Origin: Candidatus Latescibacterota bacterium
Lineage (GTDB): Bacteria > Latescibacterota > UBA2968
Direction: 5' to 3'
Assembly: GCA_965204745.1 (NCBI GenBank)
Contig: OZ242010.1
Location: 4,672,001-4,736,000, forward strand
Length of the DNA stretch: 64,000 nucleotides
Made by a program: the position numbers and the translations under genes. Positions 18,117 to 28,037 of the stretch are shown here, one piece after another; within the stretch, counting starts at the first letter, position 1, and every line of letters begins with the position of its first letter. The notes below the pieces were generated by a model. It saw nothing but the letters and a program-made list of their open reading frames with translations, was not told where the DNA came from and searched no databases.

Positions 18117-19295
18117 ATGACTCATATTACGATGACCGCGAATAAAGGTCAAACCCAGGTGCGGGATGCTGTGTCTAGCGCGACCCGCTTGCTTTTCATT
18201 GTGTCGCTGTGTCTGATCATCGCGCCTTCGGCGTGGAGTGGCTATCAAGAGGGCAAGGATGCGTACAATCACAAGGACTACGCGACGGCACGCAAAGAAC
18301 TGCAACCCGTCGCCGAGCAAGGCGATGCCGAGGCGCAGTATCTCATCGGCTATATGTATTACAAAGGCCAAGACGTGAAGAAAGACTGTACAGAGGCCAC
18401 AAAATGGCTTCGCATGGCCGCAGAGCAGGGCCATCTCAAAGCACAAGTGCGCCTTGGCATGATGTATCGCCTCGGCTATTCGGGCGTGTCGAAAAACTAC
18501 GCAGAGGCCGCAAAGTGGCTTCGCAGGGCCGCAGACCAAGGCGATGCCAAAGCCCAGTATAGCCTCGCCTTGATGTATTCCAGGGGCCAAGGCGTAGATA
18601 GAGACGAAGAGGCGTTTGTGGATTGGCTTCACAAGGCTGCCGAGCAAGGCTATGCCCAAGCCCAAACTCGACTTTTCAAGATGTATTTCTATGGGCAGGG
18701 CGTTCCACAAGACCCTGAGGAGGCCGCAAAATGGCTTCGCAAAGCCGCAGACCAAGGCGATGCCGAATTACAGTACACCCTTGGCCAGATGTATTCCAAA
18801 GGAGTGGGCGTTCCGAAAGACTATGCGGAGGCCATGAGGTGGGGTCGCAAGGCCGCAGACCAAGGCCATGCCAAAGCTCAATTTGGCCTTGCTGAGATGT
18901 ATTACAAAGGGTGGGGCGTTTCGAAAGACTATGCGGAGGCCATGAAGTGGGGTCGCAAAGCCGCAGAGTCAGGTCATCCGATGGCTCAAGTTGCTCTGGC
19001 TTCAATGTATTACAGAGGGCAGGGCGTTGAAAAAGACGATGTGGAGGCCGTGAAGTGGGTTCGCAAAGCCGCAGAGCAAGGAGAAGCCATGGCCCAATTC
19101 GCCCTTGGTGAGCTCTATGCCGAAGGTAATCTGGGCGTGTCAAAAGACATTGTGGAGGCCCACAAGTGGTGGCACTTGGCCGTGGCACAGGACTACAAAA
19201 AGGCCCGCAAAAATCTCGATAAAATTGCCAGACAGATGACCCCTACTCAACTCGCCCAAGCCGAGCAACGGGCACGCGAATGGAGGAAAAAGTGA
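18117..19295 (+). CDS. SEL1-like repeat protein, copy 1
   Basis: Repeated KAAEQG.A.AQ..LG.MY..G.GV; signal/TM segment; SD GAGGAGG. Confidence 0.9.
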   Translation: MTHITMTANKGQTQVRDAVSSATRLLFIVSLCLIIAPSAWSGYQEGKDAYNHKDYATARKELQPVAEQGDAEAQYLIGYMYYKGQDVKKDCTEATKWLRMAAEQGHLKAQVRLGMMYRLGYSGVSKNYAEAAKWLRRAADQGDAKAQYSLALMYSRGQGVDRDEEAFVDWLHKAAEQGYAQAQTRLFKMYFYGQGVPQDPEEAAKWLRKAADQGDAELQYTLGQMYSKGVGVPKDYAEAMRWGRKAADQGHAKAQFGLAEMYYKGWGVSKDYAEAMKWGRKAAESGHPMAQVALASMYYRGQGVEKDDVEAVKWVRKAAEQGEAMAQFALGELYAEGNLGVSKDIVEAHKWWHLAVAQDYKKARKNLDKIARQMTPTQLAQAEQRAREWRKK

Positions 19296-19449
19296 GCGAT
19301 GAGTATCCGCAGTGGTCAAGGCCGCTCATCCTGTTTGTCGAGATATGTGGCCTTGACCCGTCCCGTATTATTCCTTTGTGCAACCAAATTGTGCAACAAC
19401 CTGTCGGGCTTCTTCCACTTTCCCAACCCACAAAATGAAGGAGATTATC

Positions 19450-20742
19450 ATGACCAAAATCACGATGACCGCGAATAAAGGTCAAACCCATGTGCAACGC
19501 GCTGTGTCTGGCGCGACCCGCTTGTTTTTCGTTCTGGTGCTGTGTCTGATCATCGCGCCCGCGGCGTGGAGTGGCTATCAAGAAGGCAAGGATGCGTACA
19601 ACCGCAAGGACTACGCGACTGCGCGCAAAGAACTGCAACCCGTCGCCGAGCAAGGCGATGCCGAGGCGCAGTATCTCATCGGCTATATGTATTACAAAGG
19701 CCAAGGCGTGAAGACAGACGGTGCAGAGGCCACAAAATGGCTTGGCAAGGCCGCAGAACAAGGCCATCTCAAAGCACAAGTGCGCCTTGGCATGATGTAT
19801 CGCCTCGGCTATTCGGGCGTGGCGGAAAACTACGTGGAGGCCGCAAAGTGGCTTGGCAAAGCCGCAGATCAAGGCGATGCCAAAGCCCAGTACAATCTCG
19901 CCTTGCTGTATGTCAGAGGCCAAGGCGTCAATAAAAACATAGAGGAGGCCGTGGATTGGATTCACAAGGCCGCAGAGCAAGGCTATGTCCAAGCCCAACT
20001 CGCTCTTGTTGATATGTACTCCAAAGGGCAGGGCGTGCCGCAAGATCCTGTGGAGGCCGTAAAGTGGCTTCGCATGGCCGCAGAACAAGGCGACGGCAAA
20101 GCCCAATTCGCTCTTGCTGAGATATATTACAAAGGGAAGGGAGTAGATAAAGACAATGCGGAGGCCGCAAAGTGGCTCCGCATGGCCGCAGAACAAGGCG
20201 ATGCCGAAGCCCAGTTCCAACTTTTCGAGATGTATTTCAAAGGGCAGGGCGTTCCGCAAGATCCTGTGGAGGCCGTAAAGTGGCTCCGCATGGCCGCAGA
20301 ACAAGGCCACGACAAAGCCCAAGTTGTTCTTACACTGATGAATGACAATGGGCAGGGCGTGCCGAAAGACAACGCGGAGTTTGTCAAAAGGCTTCTCAAG
20401 GCGGCCGAGCAAGGCGATGCCAAAGCCCAACTTGTTCTTGCAGAGAGGTATTACAAAGGAGAGGGCGTTGAAAAAGACGATGCGGAGACCGTAAAGTGGG
20501 TTCGCAAATCCGCAGACCAAGGCTATGCTCACGCTCAATTCTCTCTCGGTGGGCTATATGCTCAAGGTGCGTTGGGCGTGCCGAAAGACATTGTGGAGGC
20601 CCACAAGTGGTGGCACTTGGCTGCGGCACAGGGTCACGAGGATGCGCGCAAAAATCTCGATAAAATTGCCAGACAGATGGCCCCTTCTCAACTCGCCGAA
20701 GCGGAGAAACGGGCACGCGAATGGAGGAAAAGTGAGCGATGA
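19450..20742 (+). CDS. SEL1-like repeat protein, copy 2
   Basis: As copy 1; SD AAGGAG; one-A deletion near the stop gives the tail RKSER. Confidence 0.9.
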   Translation: MTKITMTANKGQTHVQRAVSGATRLFFVLVLCLIIAPAAWSGYQEGKDAYNRKDYATARKELQPVAEQGDAEAQYLIGYMYYKGQGVKTDGAEATKWLGKAAEQGHLKAQVRLGMMYRLGYSGVAENYVEAAKWLGKAADQGDAKAQYNLALLYVRGQGVNKNIEEAVDWIHKAAEQGYVQAQLALVDMYSKGQGVPQDPVEAVKWLRMAAEQGDGKAQFALAEIYYKGKGVDKDNAEAAKWLRMAAEQGDAEAQFQLFEMYFKGQGVPQDPVEAVKWLRMAAEQGHDKAQVVLTLMNDNGQGVPKDNAEFVKRLLKAAEQGDAKAQLVLAERYYKGEGVEKDDAETVKWVRKSADQGYAHAQFSLGGLYAQGALGVPKDIVEAHKWWHLAAAQGHEDARKNLDKIARQMAPSQLAEAEKRAREWRKSER

Positions 20743-20888
20743 GTATCCGCAATGGTCAAGGCCGCTCATCTTGTTTGTCGAGATATGTGGCCTTGACCCG
20801 TATTATTCATTACTTTGTGCAACCGAATTGTGCAACAACCCGTCGGGCTTCTTCTATTTTCCCAACCCACAAAATGAAGGAGATTATC

Positions 20889-21959
20889 ATGACCAAAATC
20901 ACGATGACCGCGAATAAAGGTCAAACCCATGTGCAACGCGCTGTGTCTGGCGCGACCCGCTTGTTTTTCGTTCTGGTGCTGTGTCTGATCATCGCGCCCT
21001 CGGCGTGGAGTGGCTATCAAGAGGGCAAGGATGCGTACAACCGCAAGGACTACGCGACGGCGCGCAAAGAACTGCAACCCGTTGCCGAGCAAGGCGATGC
21101 CGAGGCGCAGTATCTCATCGGCTATATGTATTACAAAGGCCAAGGCGTGAAGACAGACGGTGCAGAGGCCATAAAATGGCTTGGCATGGCCGCAGAGCAG
21201 GGCCAAATCAAAGCACAAGTGCGCCTTGGCATGATATATCGCTTCGGCTATTCGGGCGTGCCGAAAAACTACGCAGAGGCCGCAAAGTGGCTTGGCAAAG
21301 CCGCTGATCAAGGCGATGCCAAAGCCCAGTACAATCTCGCCTTGCTGTATTCCAGGGGCCAAGGCGTAGATAGAGACGAAGAGGCGTTTGTGGATTGGAT
21401 TCACAAAGCCGCAGACCAAGGCTATGCCCAAGCCCAGGTCCAACTTTTCCAGATGTATCGCAAAGGGCAGGGCGTTCCACAAGACACGGAGGAGGCCGTA
21501 AAGTGGGTTCGCAAAGCCGCAGAACAAGGTCATCCCCAAGCGCAACGCAACGTTGCTTATATGTATTACATAGGGGAGGGTGTTCCGAAAGACGATGCGA
21601 AGTCTGTAAAGTGGATTCGTAAAGCCGCAGAGTCAGGTCATCCGGAAGCCCAACTTGTCCTTGCAGAGAGGTATTACAAAGGGCAGGGCGTGCCGAAAGA
21701 CGATGCGGAGGCCGTAAAGTGGGTTCGCAAAGCCGCAGACCAAGGTTATGCTCTCGCTCAATTCTCTCTCGGTGGGCTATATGCTCAAGGTGCGTTGGGC
21801 GTGTCGAAAGACATTGTGGAGGTCCACAAGTGGTGGAGCTTGGCCGCGGCACAGGGTCACGAGAAGGCCCGCGAAGAACGCGATAAGCTCGCCCAAGGTA
21901 TGACCGCAGATCAAATTGCCGAAGCGGAGAAACGGGCACGCGAGTGGAGGAAAAAGTGA
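20889..21959 (+). CDS. SEL1-like repeat protein, copy 3
   Basis: As copy 1; SD AAGGAG. Confidence 0.9.
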   Translation: MTKITMTANKGQTHVQRAVSGATRLFFVLVLCLIIAPSAWSGYQEGKDAYNRKDYATARKELQPVAEQGDAEAQYLIGYMYYKGQGVKTDGAEAIKWLGMAAEQGQIKAQVRLGMIYRFGYSGVPKNYAEAAKWLGKAADQGDAKAQYNLALLYSRGQGVDRDEEAFVDWIHKAADQGYAQAQVQLFQMYRKGQGVPQDTEEAVKWVRKAAEQGHPQAQRNVAYMYYIGEGVPKDDAKSVKWIRKAAESGHPEAQLVLAERYYKGQGVPKDDAEAVKWVRKAADQGYALAQFSLGGLYAQGALGVSKDIVEVHKWWSLAAAQGHEKAREERDKLAQGMTADQIAEAEKRAREWRKK

Positions 21960-22122
21960 GCGATGAGTATCCGCAATGGTCAAGGCCGCTCATCTTGTTT
22001 GTCGAGATATGTGGCCTTGACCAGTATAATTCATTACTTTGTGCAACCGAATTGTGCAACAACCCGTCGGGCTTCTTCCACTTTCCCAACCAACAAATCA
22101 TTCTCACTCGAAAGATACTCCG

Positions 22123-22857
22123 ATGCGTTTCATAAAAGTATTCCTCCTTCTCATCATCAACCTTTTGGCATTGCACTCAACGGTGGTCGCGAAAAAAAAA
22201 CACCGAATCAGTGTGGATGTAGGGTTGGCGAATTACACAAACCGCGATGACCTCGCATCGCCATTGCTGTATAAGGGGCGTCAAAAAACTTATAGACTTT
22301 CATATACTTACAAAGGGATGAAGACTTGGCACTGGGTGCAAGTAGGGATTATGACAGGCGAATTAAAAACGAGTTCAAGAAGTTCGGCTGACCATTATTA
22401 TGGGCGCATCCAATACGGCTATGCGCGTCTATTGGGGCCGAGGGCAAACATGACTTTTTGGTTGGGAGGCAGTTGGGATAATCTGCTTTCTGCAAGAGAT
22501 TATTCTTTTATGGAGTCTGTTGGAACAACGGGAACAGCGGCGTCAACCCTCAATGTAGCTCTTTTGTGCGAGCTATTATTCTTCCAAAAACAAAGGGTTG
22601 TTCTCGCCCTGTCCGCTCCGGTTTTAGGATATTTGGTACGCAATGGTTATGCCGTAACACCGCTGGAAATAACGAATCGGTTGACTACTCTAAACAGTTA
22701 TCAACGCGGTCGGTTTTCCTCCCTTTATGAACACACCCTTTCTGCACGTCTCAAATTGCGCCTGACCTATTGGTTCATCTACCAACGGTTTTCTCACCCT
22801 CGAAAAACAATTTCCGTCTTTCACGGCTTGAATGGGGGCATCTCGTTCCACTTTTGA
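22123..22857 (+). CDS. Hypothetical outer-membrane beta-barrel protein
   Basis: Signal peptide, alternating beta-strand pattern, C-terminal GGISFHF; AT-richer codon usage. Confidence 0.6.
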   Translation: MRFIKVFLLLIINLLALHSTVVAKKKHRISVDVGLANYTNRDDLASPLLYKGRQKTYRLSYTYKGMKTWHWVQVGIMTGELKTSSRSSADHYYGRIQYGYARLLGPRANMTFWLGGSWDNLLSARDYSFMESVGTTGTAASTLNVALLCELLFFQKQRVVLALSAPVLGYLVRNGYAVTPLEITNRLTTLNSYQRGRFSSLYEHTLSARLKLRLTYWFIYQRFSHPRKTISVFHGLNGGISFHF

Positions 22858-22868
22858 AAGGGATCGCC

Positions 22869-23900
22869 ATGCGTTTTGTAACTCGAACAGTTGGCCTCAT
22901 ATTGTTGCCCATGTTGCTCTCTTGTGGCAAAACCTTAGTCGGTTCTGACCCTGCCAACACGCCGCAGAACAATTTCCAAATTTTATGGGATGAATTTGAC
23001 CGCTATTATGCTTTATTCGAGGTCAAAAACGTCGATTGGCAAGCCCTGTATGACCTCTACGCGCCGCAGGTCACGGATCAGACAGATGACCACACGCTCT
23101 TTGATATTATGGCCTCAATGTTGGCTCATTTAGACGATGGTCATGTCGGTCTCATCGCGCCGTTCAAGGGCGTTAACACACGCTATGCAGACGGGCGATC
23201 ACGGCCTGAAAGTACGCTCAATTTAGATCTTGTGAAAAGCAAATACTTAAACTCTGAATTTCAAACCGCAGGGAATGGTTTTTTCACTTCTGGTCAAATT
23301 TCTGATACAATAGGCTATTTACATATTGCGTCTTTTAGCAGTAGGAATGGGAGTGCGTGGGTAGAAACAATAGATCCCATTGTGAACAAATTTTTTGATC
23401 ATAGCGGCTTAATTATAGATGTAAGAAACAATTCTGGTGGAAACGCCGACAACACCGATGCAATTGCGGGACGCTTTGCAGACCAGAAGAGAGTATCCGC
23501 GCTTCTTCAAACGCGCAATGGGCCTCGGCATTCAGATTTTACCCCCATTCGAGAAAGATATGTCGAGCCTATAGGAAACAAACAATTTACCAAACCCATT
23601 GTCGTGCTCACGGATAGACGGACAGTAAGTGCTGGTGAATATTTCGTCTTAGCGATGAAGCAACTTTCTTATGTTACAACAGTCGGAGACGTTACGGCCG
23701 GGAACCTATCACATAATATCTCTCGAGAACTTCCCAATGGTTGGACATATCGAATCTCCATCGGAAAATGGTTTTCGGTTGACAATGTTTCGCATGAAGG
23801 CGTTGGCATTCCCCCGGATATTCGCGTTGCGGTCTCGCCTTCAGATGCAGACATGGAAAAAGACGCGGTGATTGAGATGGCGATACAAGTACTCCGATAA
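22869..23900 (+). CDS. S41 family peptidase, lipoprotein
   Basis: Lipobox LLSC; LDDGHV, IIDVRNNSGG, TVSAGE, EGVGIPPD. Confidence 0.9.
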   Translation: MRFVTRTVGLILLPMLLSCGKTLVGSDPANTPQNNFQILWDEFDRYYALFEVKNVDWQALYDLYAPQVTDQTDDHTLFDIMASMLAHLDDGHVGLIAPFKGVNTRYADGRSRPESTLNLDLVKSKYLNSEFQTAGNGFFTSGQISDTIGYLHIASFSSRNGSAWVETIDPIVNKFFDHSGLIIDVRNNSGGNADNTDAIAGRFADQKRVSALLQTRNGPRHSDFTPIRERYVEPIGNKQFTKPIVVLTDRRTVSAGEYFVLAMKQLSYVTTVGDVTAGNLSHNISRELPNGWTYRISIGKWFSVDNVSHEGVGIPPDIRVAVSPSDADMEKDAVIEMAIQVLR

Positions 23901-23974
23901 TTTCTTCAAAGCAATCAGGCCGTATCTGAATCAGACGGACAACAAATAATCACAGCGCTATGGTTTCTGAATGC

Positions 23975-24069
23975 TGATGAACTGCTGTCGCAGTTGTACT
24001 CACCTCTTGCATCTCACCTCTTGCCTTTTGTATCTGTCCGTTGACGAACTGCTGTCGCAGTTGTACCCC
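23975..24069. repeat. Two inverted copies of the gtacaactg(g)cgacag..gttc element separated by heptamers
   Basis: gaactgctgtcgcagttgtac occurs twice. Confidence 0.75.
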
Positions 24070-24087
24070 GTTCCATGGAGGTGTTTT

Positions 24088-26511
24088 ATGCTTTGGAATT
24101 ATCTCATCATTGGATTGCGGCATTTGCGCCAATCCACATTTTATTCCCTGCTGAATATCCTGGGACTCGCCGTGGGGATTGGATGCGTGTTGTTGGCGAT
24201 GTTGTATGTCGAGCATCAGTTTCGGTTTGACCAGCACCACGAAAAGAGCGACCGCATTTACCTGTTGATGCGAAAACTCGAAGATGCGGGCGGCACGCAC
24301 TACGATCTGGGAACAAAGCCAGTCGCGCCGCATCTGCGCGGCAGGTTTCCCGAAGTCGAAGCCGTGACCCGCACGCTCATGCGATCCATGTGGGCGTCTC
24401 GGGGGAATCGCGGGTCGAGTGCGCGCGTTTGCGTGACCGATGCAGAGATGTTCGACATTTTTACGCTGCCGATGGTGGCGGGCGATCCCCAAACCGGGCT
24501 GAACGCGCCCAACACGGCTTTTCTCTCGCAAGCCCTGGCGCGCAAGTTGTTCGGCGAGGAAGACCCCATAAACAAAACGGTCAAGATCAAATACAAGTGG
24601 CTGGAAGGCTATTTTACGATCACGGGGATAATGAAGAACCAACCCAAGACCTCAAACGACAAATTGCGCTTCGACTTTCTCACCACCACGTATCCGCCCA
24701 ATCCGCAATGGCGACCCAGGGTGTGGGAAATCTGGCCCTCGGCTTGGCCCCTCGGCCCCTTGCGGACGTACGTCCTCCTGCGCGAGAACGCCGATGTCGC
24801 TGAACTGAAGCAGAAATTGCGCGATTTTGCAGCAGAGCACCAATCGGATGCGGGCGATACGCGCTACGATTACGATTTGCAACCGCTCGACCGCGTGCAT
24901 TTGTATTCCATGCAAAATTACGGCACTGCCGAGGCCAATGCGGGCGACATTACGCGCTGCTACATCCTGCTCGCTGTCGGGTTGCTGGTGCTGTTGATCG
25001 CGTGCATCAACTACGTCAACTTGGTGACCGCGCGATCCGCCAATCGGGTGCGCGAAGTGGGCCTCCGCAAGGTGGTGGGCGCGACCCGGTTGCAACTGAT
25101 GGGTCAATTTTTGGGCGAATCCCTGCTGCTGGTGTTGCCCGCAGGTGTGCTGGCCGTGTTGTTCGCGTCATCAGCCCTGCCCTTTTTCAATGATATTTTG
25201 GAGGTCGATCTGAACTTGACAGACGCGGGCTTGGCATTTGCCGCGCTGTTTTCCCTGCTCACTTTGTCGAGCGTGGGCCTGGCCGCCGGAACCTATCCGG
25301 CCTTTGTCTTGTCCGGGTTCGACCCGGTTCGAGCGTTGAAAGGCGCCTTGCGGTTTCGGCGTGCGGGGTTGAACCAAGTGATGGTCATTTTGCAATTCGG
25401 CGTGTCTGTGATCTTGATCATCTGCACGTTGGTGGTGTACCTGCAACTGGTGTTCGTGCGGTCCAAAGAACTGGGGTTTGACAAGGAACAGATCGTCATC
25501 CTCCCGTTCTTTTTGAAAGACCGCGACCTACGCCCCAAGGTGGGCGCCATCCTCAATGAATTGCGCGGTCAGCAGGGGGTGTTGAACGCGTCGGCGTTTC
25601 ACCTGCCGCCCGGGCAAATCGCTGTGGATGCGAAAACCATGCGCGCCGAAGGGCATGGCAATGAGAAATTCAAGCTGTATTGGAACGCCATTGACGACGA
25701 TTATTTGGCGTCGTTCGGCTTGTCTCTCGCCGCGGGCAGGGACTTGGCAGGCATATCGCCTCGCCCGCGCAAAATTGGCCCGAACAAGTGGGAATCAGCC
25801 ACCTTGATCAACGAGACCGCAGCGAAAATGCTCGGCTGGGACGAGCCTGTGGGCAAGTTTCTCACCGAGTATGGTGGCCGGCTTCAGGTTCGCGTGATCG
25901 GCGTGGTGAAGGATTATCACAACCAGTCGTTGCACTACGGCATCGAGCCGATGATGTTGCAAAATTCCACCAGTTTGAGCAGGGTTGCCGTGCGCTTGGC
26001 ACCGGGGGATCTCCAGGCGCGACTGGCCGGGCTGGAAAGCGTGTGGAAGCAATTTTTGCCCATGCGGCCGTTTGAGTATGAATTTCTCGACGAGCGCCTC
26101 GACGCGTATTACAAGGCGGAACTGACCCTGCAAGAGGTGACCGGGGTGTTTGCCGCGCTGTCCATTTTCATTTCCTGCTTGGGGATGCTCGGCTTGATCG
26201 CATTTGCCGCCCAACAGCGCACCAAGGAAATCGGCATCCGCAAAGTGCTCGGCGCGTCGACGGCTGCGGTCATCCTGTTGCTGACCCGCAATTTCCTGTG
26301 GCTGGCTGCTATCGCCAACCTCATCGGCTGGCCCGTGGCGTATTACGTCATGTCCGCGTGGCTCGACAATTTCGCGTACCGCATCTCCCTCGGGCCAATG
26401 GTATTCCTCGTGACCGGCCTGGTCTCTTTGGGGATCGTGTTCATCACCGTCGGCGGTCAAGCCTATCGCGTGGCCTCTGCCAACCCCGCCAATGCCCTGC
26501 GGGATGAATAA
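24088..26511 (+). CDS. MacB/FtsX-family ABC permease (duplicated-domain type)
   Basis: LNILGLAVG, IACINYVNL..ARS..R.REVGLRKVVGA, QRTKEIGIRKVLGAS, ANPANALRDE; SD GGAGG. Confidence 0.92.
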   Translation: MLWNYLIIGLRHLRQSTFYSLLNILGLAVGIGCVLLAMLYVEHQFRFDQHHEKSDRIYLLMRKLEDAGGTHYDLGTKPVAPHLRGRFPEVEAVTRTLMRSMWASRGNRGSSARVCVTDAEMFDIFTLPMVAGDPQTGLNAPNTAFLSQALARKLFGEEDPINKTVKIKYKWLEGYFTITGIMKNQPKTSNDKLRFDFLTTTYPPNPQWRPRVWEIWPSAWPLGPLRTYVLLRENADVAELKQKLRDFAAEHQSDAGDTRYDYDLQPLDRVHLYSMQNYGTAEANAGDITRCYILLAVGLLVLLIACINYVNLVTARSANRVREVGLRKVVGATRLQLMGQFLGESLLLVLPAGVLAVLFASSALPFFNDILEVDLNLTDAGLAFAALFSLLTLSSVGLAAGTYPAFVLSGFDPVRALKGALRFRRAGLNQVMVILQFGVSVILIICTLVVYLQLVFVRSKELGFDKEQIVILPFFLKDRDLRPKVGAILNELRGQQGVLNASAFHLPPGQIAVDAKTMRAEGHGNEKFKLYWNAIDDDYLASFGLSLAAGRDLAGISPRPRKIGPNKWESATLINETAAKMLGWDEPVGKFLTEYGGRLQVRVIGVVKDYHNQSLHYGIEPMMLQNSTSLSRVAVRLAPGDLQARLAGLESVWKQFLPMRPFEYEFLDERLDAYYKAELTLQEVTGVFAALSIFISCLGMLGLIAFAAQQRTKEIGIRKVLGASTAAVILLLTRNFLWLAAIANLIGWPVAYYVMSAWLDNFAYRISLGPMVFLVTGLVSLGIVFITVGGQAYRVASANPANALRDE

Positions 26512-26571
26512 CTCGTGCAACGGCGTTCACGCCAATCGCACCAAATCGACGCCACACTTCGGAGACGCGCC

Positions 26572-27459
26572 ATGGTCATTCGCATTTCAAACCTGACGAA
26601 AACGTATCGGCGCGGGGACGTGCCCGCGTTGGACGACGTCACCTTGAGCATCCCACACGGCACATTTGGCTTGCTGGGCCCCAACGGCGCCGGCAAAACC
26701 ACCCTGATCAAAATTCTCTCCACGCAGATGGACGCCTCCCACGGCAGCGTGGCGATGGACGACCTCGATCTGGTCAAAAACCGTGCAGAAATCCGGCGGC
26801 GCATGGGGTATTTGCCGCAACATTTTGGCACCTATCCCCAACTCACGGGCTGGGAATTTCTCGATTACATGGGCATTTTAGGCGGCCTGCACAACAAGCG
26901 GGAACGGCGCACGCACGTGGAAGAGGCCCTCGACGCGGTCGGGTTGTACGATGCGCGCAATCGGCGTTCCGGCAAATTTTCTGGGGGCATGATGCGCCGC
27001 CTCGGCATCGCGCAAGCCATCTTGACGGACCCGGAATTTCTGATTGTCGATGAACCCACTGTGGGCCTCGACCCGGAAGAACGCATCCGGTTTCGGGGCA
27101 TCTTGGGCCGCTTGAGCAGTGACCGCGCCATTTTGATCTCCACGCACATCGTAGGCGATATTTCGAGCACCTGCGAAAACCTCGCGGTCTTGCACACCGG
27201 GCACCTGATCTTTCGCGGTTCGCCCGCGGACCTCATCTCAAAAGCCGATGGCAAGACCTGGGAAACCAAGGTCGACGAGCCGCGCTTTGAAACCCTGTCG
27301 CAAGCGTTCCATGTGGTGACGGTCAACGTGGAAGGCGATCAAATGCACGTGCGAATGGTCGGCGACGACGATCCCCCGCCCAACGCCCAACCCGTCGCGC
27401 CCAACCTCGAAGATGCGTACGTCTATTTCATGGGCGACGACATCGAAGACAAGCACTAA
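26572..27459 (+). CDS. ABC transporter ATP-binding protein
   Basis: GPNGAGKTT, FSGGM, IVDEPT, PNLEDAY. Confidence 0.9.
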   Translation: MVIRISNLTKTYRRGDVPALDDVTLSIPHGTFGLLGPNGAGKTTLIKILSTQMDASHGSVAMDDLDLVKNRAEIRRRMGYLPQHFGTYPQLTGWEFLDYMGILGGLHNKRERRTHVEEALDAVGLYDARNRRSGKFSGGMMRRLGIAQAILTDPEFLIVDEPTVGLDPEERIRFRGILGRLSSDRAILISTHIVGDISSTCENLAVLHTGHLIFRGSPADLISKADGKTWETKVDEPRFETLSQAFHVVTVNVEGDQMHVRMVGDDDPPPNAQPVAPNLEDAYVYFMGDDIEDKH

Positions 27460-27464
27460 AAGGC

Positions 27465-27912
27465 GTGAGAGGGGAGACGCAAGAGGTGAGAGGTAAGGGG
27501 AGTAAAGCTCCTTTGATGGCTTAATCTATGGTTGCTCTGATGGCATTGACCGAGGGCATAAAGCGATTAAAAATCCCTCACGCCATCCCCTCGCAAAACC
27601 GCTCGCCATTTCCCCTTTCTCGTAGGCACAGGCGTAGCCTACACCGAAGCGGAGCGAGTAATGGGGCGTCCCCCTCGCAAACCCCAACCGCAGGATACAA
27701 GACAGGGCTAACGCACACGGTAGGGCGGTGATGGGATGGGAACGCACGGGCGGAGAGGTGGCGTGGTGAGGCCGCACGGGCGGTTGGGCAGAGCGGCTGG
27801 GCACGCACGGGCGGAGAGGGGTAATCCGCGCAATCCCCTAATCCGCGCAAATCCGCGATTCAGACACGGCGGGGCGGTGGGTGGATCTTACCTCTTACCT
27901 CTTACCTCTTAC
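27465..27912. repeat. Mosaic repeat spacer: heptamers, inverted REP linker, REP with insert, GC-rich family, cggatt family
   Basis: 27497-27602 is an inverted homologue of 12250-12355; REP with insert at about 27611-27670. Confidence 0.75.
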
Positions 27913-28037
27913 TTGGGGATAGGGCTTGCGGTGGGGCGGAGCAGATGGGAAAATCACTTGACATCGCGAGCGGGATTGCGGATTATTTATTCTTGTTCCG
28001 CAAGTCGTTCAAACAATAGCACGTCAGGAGGCGTCCC

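Noticed and set aside
19296-22090. Integron attC sites between SEL1 genes
   Set aside because: No RYYYAAC/GTTRRRY core pair, no integrase, and the genes are paralogous duplicates.
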